Counted from the first letter of the stretch, positions 54,642 through 63,913 are shown. The stretch is 64,000 bases of DNA from Gemmatimonadales bacterium (GCA_025927545.1 JAICLE010000006.1:11040-75039), one strand, 5' to 3'. Made by a program: numbers and translations. The notes: generated from the letters alone by a model not told the origin.

Positions 54642-54676
54642 GGCACGGCGTCGGGGGGGCTCCCCGGCGCCGTGTC
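54642..54676 (+). terminator. Strong hairpin after the LysM gene (15-bp stem, no U-tract)
   Basis: GGCACGGCGTCGGGG-gggct-CCCCGGCGCCGTGTC. There are 13 Watson-Crick pairs plus 2 G-U pairs. It starts 20 nt after the stop codon. Confidence 0.45.
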
Positions 54677-54775
54677 GCATTCCCGGTTCCTTCCCCGCCG
54701 CACGTATCTATATTGTGTCGGCGGTTCCTGTCGTTCGACATCCCCCGGTGGAGAGACCATGGCGAGACGCGGCGC

Positions 54776-55726
54776 ATGAGCGGGCGGGTATTGGTGACTG
54801 GCGGCGCCGGGTTCATCGGCTCCCACGTGGCGGAAGCGTTTCTGAAGGATGGATGGGACGTGGTCGTGCTCGACGATCTGTCGCGCGGCCACGAGCAGAA
54901 CATTCCCCAGGGAGCGCGATTCGTCTGTGCCGACATCCGCTCGGCCGAAGCCCGCCGCCTTGTCGCCACCGGGAAATTCGACGCCCTCAACCATCACGCC
55001 GCCCAGATCGACGTGCGCTTCTCGGTGGAGTCCCCCTCGGTTGACGCGGGAATCAACGTCGTCGGCCTGGTGAACCTGCTCGAGGGCGCGGGCGAAGGCG
55101 GCGTGAAGCGCGTGGTGTTCGCGAGCAGCGGCGGCGTGGTGTACGGCGATCCCGAGGTCATTCCGACTCCGGAGACCGCGCCCAAGCTGCCGGTTTCCCC
55201 CTATGGCGTGAGCAAGCTGGCGGGCGAGTACTATCTCCGTGCCATCGGCGCGCTCCGCGGGTTCGAGGGCGTGGCCATGCGCTATGCCAACGTCTTCGGT
55301 CCGCGGCAGGATCCGAAGTCGGAGGCGGGTGTGGTGTCGATCTTCGTCTCGCGGCTGCTGGAGGGACGGAAGCTCACCGTGTTCGGCGACGGCCGGCAGA
55401 CGCGCGACTACGTCTTCGTGAAGGACGTCGCCCGGGCCAACGTCCTGGCCACCACCGCCCGCCTTCCCGCCTCGGCCGACTTCAACGCCCCGGCCTTCAA
55501 CATCGCCACGTCCATCGAGCGTAACGTCCGGGAGCTCGCGGAATCGGTGGGGCAGGTCATGGGGCAGCAGCCGGAGCTCGAGTTCGCGCCGCCCCGGCCG
55601 GGCGAGCTGTTCCGGAGCGCGCTCGACACGAGCAAGGCGAAGGCGGTGCTGGGCTGGGCGCCGGAATGGACGTTCGACGACGGGCTCCGCCAACTGGTCG
55701 ACTGGTTCCGGAAGGAGGCCCGGTGA
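54776..55726 (+). CDS. NAD-dependent sugar epimerase (UDP-glucose 4-epimerase-like SDR)
   Basis: MSGRVLVTGGAGFIGSHVAEAF..., SPYGVSKLAGEYY (YxxxK), RYANVFGPRQDP. Confidence 0.8.
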   Translation: MSGRVLVTGGAGFIGSHVAEAFLKDGWDVVVLDDLSRGHEQNIPQGARFVCADIRSAEARRLVATGKFDALNHHAAQIDVRFSVESPSVDAGINVVGLVNLLEGAGEGGVKRVVFASSGGVVYGDPEVIPTPETAPKLPVSPYGVSKLAGEYYLRAIGALRGFEGVAMRYANVFGPRQDPKSEAGVVSIFVSRLLEGRKLTVFGDGRQTRDYVFVKDVARANVLATTARLPASADFNAPAFNIATSIERNVRELAESVGQVMGQQPELEFAPPRPGELFRSALDTSKAKAVLGWAPEWTFDDGLRQLVDWFRKEAR

Positions 55727-56436
55727 CGCTGCAGACCGCTGGGGCGGTGCCACGCGGGGCAGTCGAGCTGGTCCTGACCGCGAGCACCGAAACGAAGATC
55801 GTCCTGGGCATCACCGCGCTCTTCTCACTGGTCTCCTGGTTCATCATCGTGCTGAAGTGGTGGCAGTTCCGGAAGCTGAACCGGCAGGCGGACCGGTTCT
55901 TCGCCGAGATGGAGCGCACGACGCGGCTGCAGGACGCCTACCACGCCGTCATGAAGCAGCCGCCGTCGCCCTACAACCGGCTCTTCCGCGAAGCCATCAC
56001 CTTCTATTCCGAGCTGCGCCCGGGCGCGCTGCGAGAGGAGCGGGGCGCCGACCGCAGCTCTCTCACCACCACCCAGCTCGAGGCGCTCAAGATGGTCCTC
56101 GGGAAGGAAGTGGCCGCCGAGCGCGACCTGCTGGGCCACTACATCCCCTGGCTCGCCACGATCGGCTCCGTGAGCCCGCTGCTCGGGCTGCTGGGCACCA
56201 CGCTCGGCATCATCAACGCCTTCACCGGCATCGCGACCAAGGGCTCGGGCAACCTGGCGGCCGTCGCGCCCGGTGTCGCCGAGGCGCTGGTGGCGACGTT
56301 CGGCGGCCTGGCGGCGGCCATTCCGGCGGTCATCGCGTACAACCTGTACGTGAACCGGGTCCGGCTCTTTGCCGGTGAGCTCGAGGGGTTTGCCAACGAG
56401 TTGATCGGTACGATGGCCCGGGAGGGGCTGCTCTAG
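55723..56436 (+). CDS. tolQ: Tol-Pal system protein TolQ (MotA/TolQ/ExbB proton channel)
   Basis: GTG 55723 overlaps the epimerase stop (GTGA). Three TM spans. LATIGSVSPLLGLLGTTLGIINAF...AVAPGVAEALVATFGGLAAAIPAVIAYN. Confidence 0.85.
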   Translation: MTLQTAGAVPRGAVELVLTASTETKIVLGITALFSLVSWFIIVLKWWQFRKLNRQADRFFAEMERTTRLQDAYHAVMKQPPSPYNRLFREAITFYSELRPGALREERGADRSSLTTTQLEALKMVLGKEVAAERDLLGHYIPWLATIGSVSPLLGLLGTTLGIINAFTGIATKGSGNLAAVAPGVAEALVATFGGLAAAIPAVIAYNLYVNRVRLFAGELEGFANELIGTMAREGLL

Positions 56437-56868
56437 GTGTCTGCCGGATTGGGCGGGGGGCTGGGTAGCCAGCGGGGTGAGTTGCCGCTCATGGCCGACG
56501 TCAACGTCACCTCGCTGGTGGACGTGATGCTGGTGCTCCTGATCATCTTCATGATCACGGCACCGATGATGCAGGGCGGCGTCGACGTCGAGCTGCCGCG
56601 CGCCGAAGCGCGGCCGCTCTCCCCGAAGGAGGGGATGGTGGTCACCGTCAACCGCGACGGCCGCATCTTCGTCGACCAGACGCCGGTTTCCTACAATGAT
56701 TTTCGGGTGACTTTCCGCTCCCTCGTGACGACACGGAAGCCCACCGGAGTGTACCTCCAGGCGGACACGCGCGTGCCCTACGGGCAGGTGGTCCGGGTCC
56801 TGGCGATCATCCGCGGCGCCGGCATCCAGAATGTGGGCCTCGTGGCGGCGGAGGAAGAGACGCGGTGA
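56437..56868 (+). CDS. tolR: Tol-Pal system protein TolR (ExbD/TolR family)
   Basis: ADVNVTSLVDVMLVLLIIFMITAP (with the conserved Asp in the TM) and the periplasmic ExbD fold motif (YLQADTRVPYGQVVRVL). Confidence 0.85.
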   Translation: MSAGLGGGLGSQRGELPLMADVNVTSLVDVMLVLLIIFMITAPMMQGGVDVELPRAEARPLSPKEGMVVTVNRDGRIFVDQTPVSYNDFRVTFRSLVTTRKPTGVYLQADTRVPYGQVVRVLAIIRGAGIQNVGLVAAEEETR

Positions 56869-57563
56869 TCGTTCGCGCCGACCGTGGCCGCCCGCCGGGC
56901 ACCACGGTAGGACTGATCGGGACCGTTCTGGTGCATGCCGCGGCCGCGGCGTTCGCGTTCACCCAGGCGAGCCCGGTCAAGGCCGGGCCGCCGTCCTACG
57001 CCGTCGAGCTCGTGGCCGCGCCGGCTCCGGCGCCGAAGCAGCGGCTCGCACGTGAGGCGGTCCCGACGCCGCCGCCGCAGGAGAAGCCGGCACCGGTCAA
57101 GCCGCTGCCCAAGCCCAAGCCGCCGAAGACGCCGCCGGCCCCGGAGCCCAAGCCGCCACCGACCGAGACCGAGCGTGAGCCCCCGCCCAAGACCGCGGCT
57201 CCGGTCACGCCGGTCCCGGGCGAGACGCCGAGTACGGGGACCGATGTCGCCACGATCAAGACGCCGGGACTGCAGTTCCCCTTTCCGGAGTATCTGCGGA
57301 ACATCGTGACCCAGGTGTACCGCAGTTGGGACCGCGACGCGGCCGGCCAGAACAGCTTCGCCGAGATCAGCTTCCTCATTCTCCGGGACGGTTCAGTGCG
57401 CGACATTCGTTTCGTCACCCGCTCGGGCAGCTTCAGCTTCGACCTCGGCGCCCAGGGCGCCATCGAGGCGGCGGGAAACGCCCGCGCGTTCGGCCCGCTT
57501 CCCGATGGCTGGGATGCCGACGTCCTGCCCGTCAGCTTCTACTTCAAGCCGATCTCGCGATGA
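56865..57563 (+). CDS. TolA/TonB-like protein (N-terminal anchor, Pro/Lys-rich spacer, TonB_C-type domain)
   Basis: GTG 56865 overlaps the tolR stop. TM helix (LIGTVLVHAAAAAFAF), PKPKPPKTPPAPEPKPPP spacer and a C-terminal domain (EISFLILRDGSVRDIRFVTRSGSFSFDLGAQGAI). Position in the tol cluster supports the call. Confidence 0.7.
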   Translation: MIVRADRGRPPGTTVGLIGTVLVHAAAAAFAFTQASPVKAGPPSYAVELVAAPAPAPKQRLAREAVPTPPPQEKPAPVKPLPKPKPPKTPPAPEPKPPPTETEREPPPKTAAPVTPVPGETPSTGTDVATIKTPGLQFPFPEYLRNIVTQVYRSWDRDAAGQNSFAEISFLILRDGSVRDIRFVTRSGSFSFDLGAQGAIEAAGNARAFGPLPDGWDADVLPVSFYFKPISR

Positions 57564-58894
57564 TCAGACTGCTCGCCTGCGTGACCGCGCTGGCCGTGCT
57601 GGCGCCACTCGCTCCGGTCCGTTCCACCCGCGCCGCCGCTCAGGACACCAGCCAGGTCAAGGAAGGCGTCCGGGTCGGGGTGGAATACCAGCCAGGTGTG
57701 CGGCCGGGCCTGGTGGTGCTCCCGGGCGCCGGGCTGGATTCCGTCCGCGCCATCATCCGCCGCGACCTCGACTATAGCGACCGTTTCGAGATGATCACGG
57801 TGGCCGACGCGCCGTCCGGCGCCGGCAGCTCGGGCGTACCGGGGGGCGCCGTCAACTACGGCATCTATCGGGCGCTCGGTGCGTCGTTCGGCGTCGAGCT
57901 GCTGGAAGCGCCGGGCGGGGTGACGGTGCGCCTCCACGACGTCGGTGCCTCGCAGGTGCGGAACCAGCAGGCATTCAGCCTGCCGCCCGTCACGGACCCG
58001 GGCTTCCGGCTCGCGGTGCACCGGGTGGGCGACGAGGTGGCGCGCTGGGCCACGGGGACGGAGGGCATCGCCGCGAGCCGGCTGCTTTTCGTCGCCGGCG
58101 GGCGCGTCTACCGGGTGGATAGCGACGGAGAGGACATCGTGCCGCTCACGCCGGCCGGGCAGACCTCGCTCTCACCCACGTGGTCGCCGGACGGACAGCG
58201 CTTCGCCTTCACGCTGCTGGGAGCGGGGCGCGGGGGCGTGATGCTGCAGGGCATCGCCGGCGGTGCCGTGCAGCAGGCGCCCGGCACGGCGGCCGGACTC
58301 AACATCACCCCCGCATTCTCGCCGGACGGGCGCCTGCTGGCCTACGCGCACTCCGACGAGAGCGGCACCGACGTCTATCTCGCGAACATCGCCGATCGTT
58401 GCTGCGCGCAGCGCTTGACCGTAGGGCGCTTCGCGGACAACTTATCTCCAACGTTTTCACCAGATGGCCGCCGCATCGCGTTCGTCTCCACCCGTGCGGG
58501 GCCGCCCCAGATCTACGTCATGGCCGCCGATGGGACCGATCAGGAACTGCTCGCACCGTTCGATTACGGTGCGACGGGCAGCTCCAACGCGCCCGAGTGG
58601 TCGCCCGATGGGGCCAATGTCGTTTTCCATCGTGAAGTGTCCGGCAGTCCGCAGCTCTTCGTCGTCAGCGTGGCGGGGAGGCGGGTTCGGCAGCTTACGT
58701 CGTCCGGCCGCAACGAGGACCCGACCTGGGCGCCCGACGGCCGGCACGTCACCTTCGTGTCCGACCGGAGCGGCCGCCGGCAGCTCTGGGTCATCGATCT
58801 GGAAACCGGTCGCGTGCGCCAGCTCGATACGCCGGGCGCGGCGCGGCTGCCTGCTTGGTCCCGCCGCCTGAGTCGGACCGCCGTCGCCCCCTAA
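57560..58894 (+). CDS. tolB: Tol-Pal system beta-propeller protein TolB
   Basis: ATG 57560 overlaps the upstream stop (ATGA). A signal peptide is present. Repeated PxWSPDG / PxFSPDG blades (SPTWSPDGQRFAF, TPAFSPDGRLLAY, SPTFSPDGRRIAF, APEWSPDGANVVF, DPTWAPDGRHVTF). Confidence 0.85.
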   Translation: MIRLLACVTALAVLAPLAPVRSTRAAAQDTSQVKEGVRVGVEYQPGVRPGLVVLPGAGLDSVRAIIRRDLDYSDRFEMITVADAPSGAGSSGVPGGAVNYGIYRALGASFGVELLEAPGGVTVRLHDVGASQVRNQQAFSLPPVTDPGFRLAVHRVGDEVARWATGTEGIAASRLLFVAGGRVYRVDSDGEDIVPLTPAGQTSLSPTWSPDGQRFAFTLLGAGRGGVMLQGIAGGAVQQAPGTAAGLNITPAFSPDGRLLAYAHSDESGTDVYLANIADRCCAQRLTVGRFADNLSPTFSPDGRRIAFVSTRAGPPQIYVMAADGTDQELLAPFDYGATGSSNAPEWSPDGANVVFHREVSGSPQLFVVSVAGRRVRQLTSSGRNEDPTWAPDGRHVTFVSDRSGRRQLWVIDLETGRVRQLDTPGAARLPAWSRRLSRTAVAP

Positions 58895-58907
58895 CCTCGA
58901 ACTCGGA

Positions 58908-59489
58908 GTGATGATGCGCGCTAATTCCCTGATGCTGCTCCTGGCCTCCGCCGCGCTCGCCGCCGGGTGCGGCGGAAAGCCCGCGCCGGAGGAGCCGGCG
59001 CCCCAGCCGACCCCCGCAGCGGCTCCGGCCCCGGCGCCCGCCCCGGCCGACGATAGCGCCGAGCGCGACCGGTTGGATCGGGAGCGACTGGCGCGCGAGG
59101 CGGAGGAGCGCGCCAAGGCGGTGGCGGCGGACCTGGCCATGATGATCAACTTCGATTACGACCAGGCCACCGTGCGCCAGACCGATCAGGCCACGCTCGA
59201 CCGGAAGGCCGCCGTCCTGGCCGCCAACCCGAACGTCAAGCTCCAGATCAGCGGGCATGCCGACGAGCGGGGCTCGGACGAGTACAATCTGGCGCTCGGC
59301 AACCGCCGCGCCGCCGCGGCCAAGCGCTACCTCGAGAACAAGGGCATCGACGGCTCGCGTCTGGACGTGGTGTCCTATGGCGAGGAGCGGCCGCTCAACC
59401 CCGGCCACGACGAGGCCGCCTACGCCCAGAACCGCCGGGACGAGTTCCAGGTGACGGCGGGCGGCGATAACCTCGTCGCGCCGCAGTGA
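58908..59489 (+). CDS. pal: Peptidoglycan-associated lipoprotein (OmpA-family)
   Basis: Lipobox LAAGCGG. OmpA_C motifs (INFDYDQATV, ISGHADERGSDEYNLALGNRRAAAAKRYL, NRRDEF). The true start is probably ATG 58911 or 58914. Confidence 0.85.
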   Translation: MMMRANSLMLLLASAALAAGCGGKPAPEEPAPQPTPAAAPAPAPAPADDSAERDRLDRERLAREAEERAKAVAADLAMMINFDYDQATVRQTDQATLDRKAAVLAANPNVKLQISGHADERGSDEYNLALGNRRAAAAKRYLENKGIDGSRLDVVSYGEERPLNPGHDEAAYAQNRRDEFQVTAGGDNLVAPQ

Positions 59490-60295
59490 GCTCCCGGCCG
59501 CGGCGCCTGTGCGCCCGGCTCGCCGCGGGCTTCGTTGCCGTGGCGAGCCTGGGGGCCTGCGTCAGCAAGAGCGACGTGCAGATGGTGCAGGGCGAGGTGG
59601 CCCTGCTCCGGGCCGAGACGCTGCGGCGTGACTCCACCCGGGCGGCGCAACTTGGCGAAGTGATCCAGCTTCAGCAGCGTATCATGGATTCGCTCGCCGT
59701 GAGCCGCCGGACCGTGGGGCAGCTCAAGGGCGACATTGCCTCCGATCTTTACAACATCCAGCAGCAGCTGGTGCAGTTGCAGGAGCTCACCGGGCAGAGC
59801 CAGCAACGGCTGAGCGAGCTCCACACCCAGCTCGAGGCCCGCGGGGCGCAGATCGAGGCGTCGCCCAGCGGCGCGCCGCCCGCGCCGGGCGACAGCGCGC
59901 AGCCCGAGTCCGGCGGATCGGCCTCGGCCGACCAGATGTACGAGGCGTCGCTGGCGCAGCTTCGCCGCGGCAGCACCGCAACCGCACGGCTGGGCCTGCG
60001 CGAGATGCTCCGCACCTACCCCACGAGCCCGCGCGCTCCGGACGCGCTCTATTTCATCGGCCAGAGCTTCGCGGCGGAGAACCCGGACTCGGCCGCGGCC
60101 TACTACACGCAGGTGGTGGAGAAGTACTCGTCGTCCCCCCGGGCCGGCTCGGCCCTCTACAACCTGGGACTCCTTGCCGAGCGCCGGAAGGACACGGCCA
60201 AGGCGCGGGAGGCCTACCAGCGCGTGGTGCAGCAGTACCCGCAATCCGACGAGGCCGCGCTGGCTCGCGATCGACTGAAGGCGCTCGGGCGCTAA
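59486..60295 (+). CDS. cpoB: Tol-Pal system protein CpoB/YbgF (coiled-coil + TPR)
   Basis: GTG 59486 overlaps the pal stop. Signal plus lipobox-like ASLGAC. An N-terminal coiled coil rich in Q/L is followed by a TPR region (YEASLAQLRRGS...YPTSPRAPDALYFIGQSF...YPQSDEAALA). Confidence 0.75.
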   Translation: MSSRPRRLCARLAAGFVAVASLGACVSKSDVQMVQGEVALLRAETLRRDSTRAAQLGEVIQLQQRIMDSLAVSRRTVGQLKGDIASDLYNIQQQLVQLQELTGQSQQRLSELHTQLEARGAQIEASPSGAPPAPGDSAQPESGGSASADQMYEASLAQLRRGSTATARLGLREMLRTYPTSPRAPDALYFIGQSFAAENPDSAAAYYTQVVEKYSSSPRAGSALYNLGLLAERRKDTAKAREAYQRVVQQYPQSDEAALARDRLKALGR

Positions 60296-60315
60296 GCCCC
60301 GGGCGCCGCCGCCCC

Positions 60316-63300
60316 ATGACCGGCCCTGCCGGGGAGATGCCCTTCCTCGATCATCTCGAGGAGCTGCGCTGGCGCATTCTCCGCTCGCTCGGGGCCATCG
60401 TGGTGGGCTTCGGCCTGGGCCTCTGGCTGGTCCAGCACTTCCAGCTCGTCAATCTGCTCAAGCAGCCGATCGCGCCCTACCTCACCGGTGCCGGTGGGAA
60501 GCTGGTCGTGACCAGCCCCACCGATCCGGTCATGATCGTCTTCAAGCTCGGCTTCGGCGTCGGGCTGGTTCTCGCGTCCCCCATCATCCTGTGGCAGCTC
60601 TGGGCGTTCCTGGCGCCCGCGCTGTACGCGCGCGAGAAGCGGGCGCTGGTGCCGGCGCTGTTCGTCGGCCTGGTGCTGTTCCTCACCGGGGCGGTGCTGG
60701 CCTACCTCTTCGTCGTGCCCCAGGCGCTCCGGGTGCTGTTCAGCTTCCAGACCGAGGCGATCCAGCCGTTCATCACCTACGACGCCTACTTCGACTTCGT
60801 CCTGCAGGTGGTGCTGGCGCTGGGTCTCTCGTTCGAGCTCCCGCTCGTGATCATCCTGCTCGCATGGCTGGACGTAATCGGGCCCCCGGAGCTGGCGCGC
60901 TTCCGGCGCTTCGCGGTGGTGGGCGCATTCATCGCGGGCGCGGTGCTCTCCCCCGGCACCGATCTCGTGTCGATGATCATGATGACCATCCCGCTCCTCC
61001 TCCTGTACGAGGTGGGGTACGCGGGGAGCGTCGTCATCAGCCGGCGGCGCCGGAAGGCCGCCGCGCTGGCCGGGCTGGTGCTGCTGGCCCTGGGGCTCGG
61101 CGCCACCCCCGGCGCGGCCCAGGTTCCCGTGCAGCGGCCGCGCCCGCCGGTGCAGGCGGTCCGTCGCGACTCGCTGGGAGACACCACCCGGACGCGGCCG
61201 GGCCAGGCACTCGATAGTGCCACCGCGGGCCGGCTCGGGATCCCGACCGCTCCCAGCCGGAGCTTCGGCCCCGAGGACTCCGTGCTCAAGGCATTGAAGG
61301 AGCGGCCGGGCTACCAGTCCACGCGCTATCGCGCCGACTCGGCCACCGTCTTCATCGAGGGGCAGCGGGTGCTGCTCGAGGGCGAGGCCCTGACCGAGCG
61401 GCAGGGGGCGCTGCTCGAGGCCGACACCATCCGCTACCAACAGGAAAGCTGTCTGCTCGACGCGAGCGGGAGCCCGCGGCTCTTCGATCGGGGCCAGGTG
61501 CTCGTCGGGGAGGGGATCCGCTACGACACGTGCCGCCGCCGCGGCGTGGTGAGCGACGCGCTGACCAACTTCACCGAGGGGTCCACGGTCTGGTTCCTCC
61601 GCGGCAGCGTGGCGCAGGACTCGAGCTCGAGCCGCATCTACGCCGGCTCGAGCGAGATCACCAGCTGCGACCTTCCGACGCCGCACTACCACTTCAGTGC
61701 CCGCCAGGTGAAGTGGGTCTCCAAGAACGTGATGGTGGCGCGCCCGGTGGTGCTCTACGTGCGCGACGTCCCGATCCTCTGGCTGCCGTTCATCTTTCAG
61801 GATGTCCGCCCGGGCCGGCGCTCGGGCATCCTGGTGCCCCAGTTCGGCCTCAACGACTTGGTCCGGCCGACGCGAACCTACAACCGCCAGGTCACCAACA
61901 TCGGCTACTACTGGGCGCCGAACGATTACGTCGACCTCACCGGCCGGCTCGATTGGTTCGCCAACCGGTATGTGCAGTACGGCGTGAGCGGCCAGTACCG
62001 CTGGCTCAACCGGTTCATGGATGGTGCCGTCGGATTGAACGAGCAGCGCCAGGTCGGTGGCGGCTCCGGGCTCACGTTCCGCTGGGACCACCGCCAGCAG
62101 TTCAACCTCTCCACCAGCCTCAATTTCAACGTCAACTACGCCAGCAACACCGCGGTCATCCAGGGGAATGCCATCGATCCGCTGCAGAACACGCAGCAGA
62201 TCACCAGCTCGCTCAACTACTCCAAGCGATTCTCCTGGGCCACGCTGACGCTGGGCGGCAACCGGCGGCAGAGCCTGACCGACGGCAGCGTGCAGCAACT
62301 CCTGCCGGCCGTGACGCTCTCGCCGGTGCCGATCGCGCTGGGGTCGAACATCACCTGGTCACCGGGACTGAGCTACACCAACAACACGACCTCGAGCCCG
62401 TCCGCCGACACCCTGTTCCGGGTCCTCCCCGGCGGGCTCCTGGACACCCTCGCGCTCGACGGCAGCACGCGGGTGACCGCGCTGAGCCTGGACACACCGC
62501 TCCGCCTCGGCGGCTTCAACTGGCAGAACTCGGTGCAGATCAACGACCAGAGTTCGAAGGCCCCGCGGCAGACCACCTTCCTGGCCGACAACCCGGCGAC
62601 GCCGGATCCGACCGACAGCATACAGGTGCGCCGCACCTCGCTCGGCGATTTCGAAAGCTCGATCGACTGGGACACCGGCATCAATCTGCCCGTGCTGTTC
62701 CGCGGCTCCTGGAAGCTGCAGCCGGTGGTCGGCGTGGGGAACTCCACGTCGGGGCCATTCGCCATCCGGAACCGGAATACCAACGGGAGCTTCGTCCGGC
62801 AGGGCAAGCGGCTGAGCTTCGGGGCCACCGCGGCGCCGACGCTGTTCGCGTTCTTTCCCGGCATCGGGCCGCTGAGCCGCATCCGGCACAGCTTTTCACC
62901 CACCATCGTCTGGAACTACCAGCCGGCGGCGAACGTGCCCGAGGAGTACGCCCGCGCCGCCGCCCAGCCGGGACAGCCGATCGTGCTGCGGAGCGACGCA
63001 ACCCAGCGCGTGAGCATTTCGCTGGCGCAGAGCTTCGAGGGGAAGCTCCAGCCGCGCGGCCCCGACACGACCGGGGCCGAAGCGCGGAAGATCCGGCTGC
63101 TCAGCCTCACGACCAGCAGCCTCAGCTACGACTTCGAGCAGGCCAAGAAGCCGGGGTTCACCGGCTGGGTCACGCCCACGATCACCAACTCGATCCTGAG
63201 CGACCTGCTCCCCGGATTCAATCTCAGCCTTACGCACGACCTCTGGCGCGGCACGGTCGGTTCCGACACGGCCAAGTTCAGCCCGTTCCTGCAGAACGTG

Positions 63301-63828
63301 AGCGCGAGCTTCGCCATCTCGGGCGGGCTCTTCCGTTCGATCGGATCCATCTTCGGAATCGGCGGCAAGTCCGGCACCGAGACGCGCGGAGGCCCGGAGG
63401 CGCCCAGCTCCTACCTCGCCGAGTCGGGCCGGCGCACGCGGCCGGGCTCGTTCTTCACCAGCACCCAGGCGCCGCTGCAGCGGCCCGGCCGGAACTTCAC
63501 GGCCAACTTCAACTATCAGCTCACGCGCACCCGCCCGGTGAGCGGGGTGACCGGGCTGCCCACGCCCGGTAGCCGGCAGAGCCTCGGGTTCAGCACCAAC
63601 TTCTCACCCACGCCGTTCTGGTCGCTGTCGTGGTCTTCGCAGTACAACATCACCGACGGAAAGTTCGAGTCACAGGTGGTGCGGCTCGAGCGCGAGCTGC
63701 ACGAGTGGCGTGCGGGATTCAACTTCGTGCAGAACCCGAATGGGAACTTCGCGTTTTATTTTTCCATCTACCTGACGGATCTGCCCGACCTGAAGTTCGA
63801 CTACGATCAGACCACCATCGAGCGATAG
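60316..63828 (+). CDS. Single ORF encoding TatC (aa 1 to ~243) fused through a signal-peptide-like hydrophobic span to an LptD-like outer-membrane protein (aa ~270-1170)
   Basis: No stop codon in 1170 codons. TatC part: MPFLDHLEELRWRILRS..., six TM spans, LSPGTD. Junction: ISRRRRKAAALAGLVLLALGLGATPGAAQ. C-terminal part: OstA-like region, RRSGILVPQFG, YYWAPNDYVDLTG and a long beta-strand-like Y/F/N/S-rich sequence, as in LptD. Confidence 0.8.
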   Translation: MTGPAGEMPFLDHLEELRWRILRSLGAIVVGFGLGLWLVQHFQLVNLLKQPIAPYLTGAGGKLVVTSPTDPVMIVFKLGFGVGLVLASPIILWQLWAFLAPALYAREKRALVPALFVGLVLFLTGAVLAYLFVVPQALRVLFSFQTEAIQPFITYDAYFDFVLQVVLALGLSFELPLVIILLAWLDVIGPPELARFRRFAVVGAFIAGAVLSPGTDLVSMIMMTIPLLLLYEVGYAGSVVISRRRRKAAALAGLVLLALGLGATPGAAQVPVQRPRPPVQAVRRDSLGDTTRTRPGQALDSATAGRLGIPTAPSRSFGPEDSVLKALKERPGYQSTRYRADSATVFIEGQRVLLEGEALTERQGALLEADTIRYQQESCLLDASGSPRLFDRGQVLVGEGIRYDTCRRRGVVSDALTNFTEGSTVWFLRGSVAQDSSSSRIYAGSSEITSCDLPTPHYHFSARQVKWVSKNVMVARPVVLYVRDVPILWLPFIFQDVRPGRRSGILVPQFGLNDLVRPTRTYNRQVTNIGYYWAPNDYVDLTGRLDWFANRYVQYGVSGQYRWLNRFMDGAVGLNEQRQVGGGSGLTFRWDHRQQFNLSTSLNFNVNYASNTAVIQGNAIDPLQNTQQITSSLNYSKRFSWATLTLGGNRRQSLTDGSVQQLLPAVTLSPVPIALGSNITWSPGLSYTNNTTSSPSADTLFRVLPGGLLDTLALDGSTRVTALSLDTPLRLGGFNWQNSVQINDQSSKAPRQTTFLADNPATPDPTDSIQVRRTSLGDFESSIDWDTGINLPVLFRGSWKLQPVVGVGNSTSGPFAIRNRNTNGSFVRQGKRLSFGATAAPTLFAFFPGIGPLSRIRHSFSPTIVWNYQPAANVPEEYARAAAQPGQPIVLRSDATQRVSISLAQSFEGKLQPRGPDTTGAEARKIRLLSLTTSSLSYDFEQAKKPGFTGWVTPTITNSILSDLLPGFNLSLTHDLWRGTVGSDTAKFSPFLQNVSASFAISGGLFRSIGSIFGIGGKSGTETRGGPEAPSSYLAESGRRTRPGSFFTSTQAPLQRPGRNFTANFNYQLTRTRPVSGVTGLPTPGSRQSLGFSTNFSPTPFWSLSWSSQYNITDGKFESQVVRLERELHEWRAGFNFVQNPNGNFAFYFSIYLTDLPDLKFDYDQTTIER

Positions 63829-63913
63829 CGCGCGGGGCAGTCGGACCGTCCCGCTGTGAGCAGACTGGCACGCGACCTGCTGCATGCCCCGCAACCCCCA
63901 TTGGAGACCATCT

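Noticed and set aside
57040-57230. Repetitive Pro/Lys/Ala-rich coding DNA in the TolA-like gene, and the APAPAPAP stretch in pal around 59010..59050, as possible tandem DNA repeats
   Set aside because: These are the usual low-complexity periplasm-spanning linkers of TolA/TonB and Pal proteins. They are not non-coding repeats or a CRISPR-like array.
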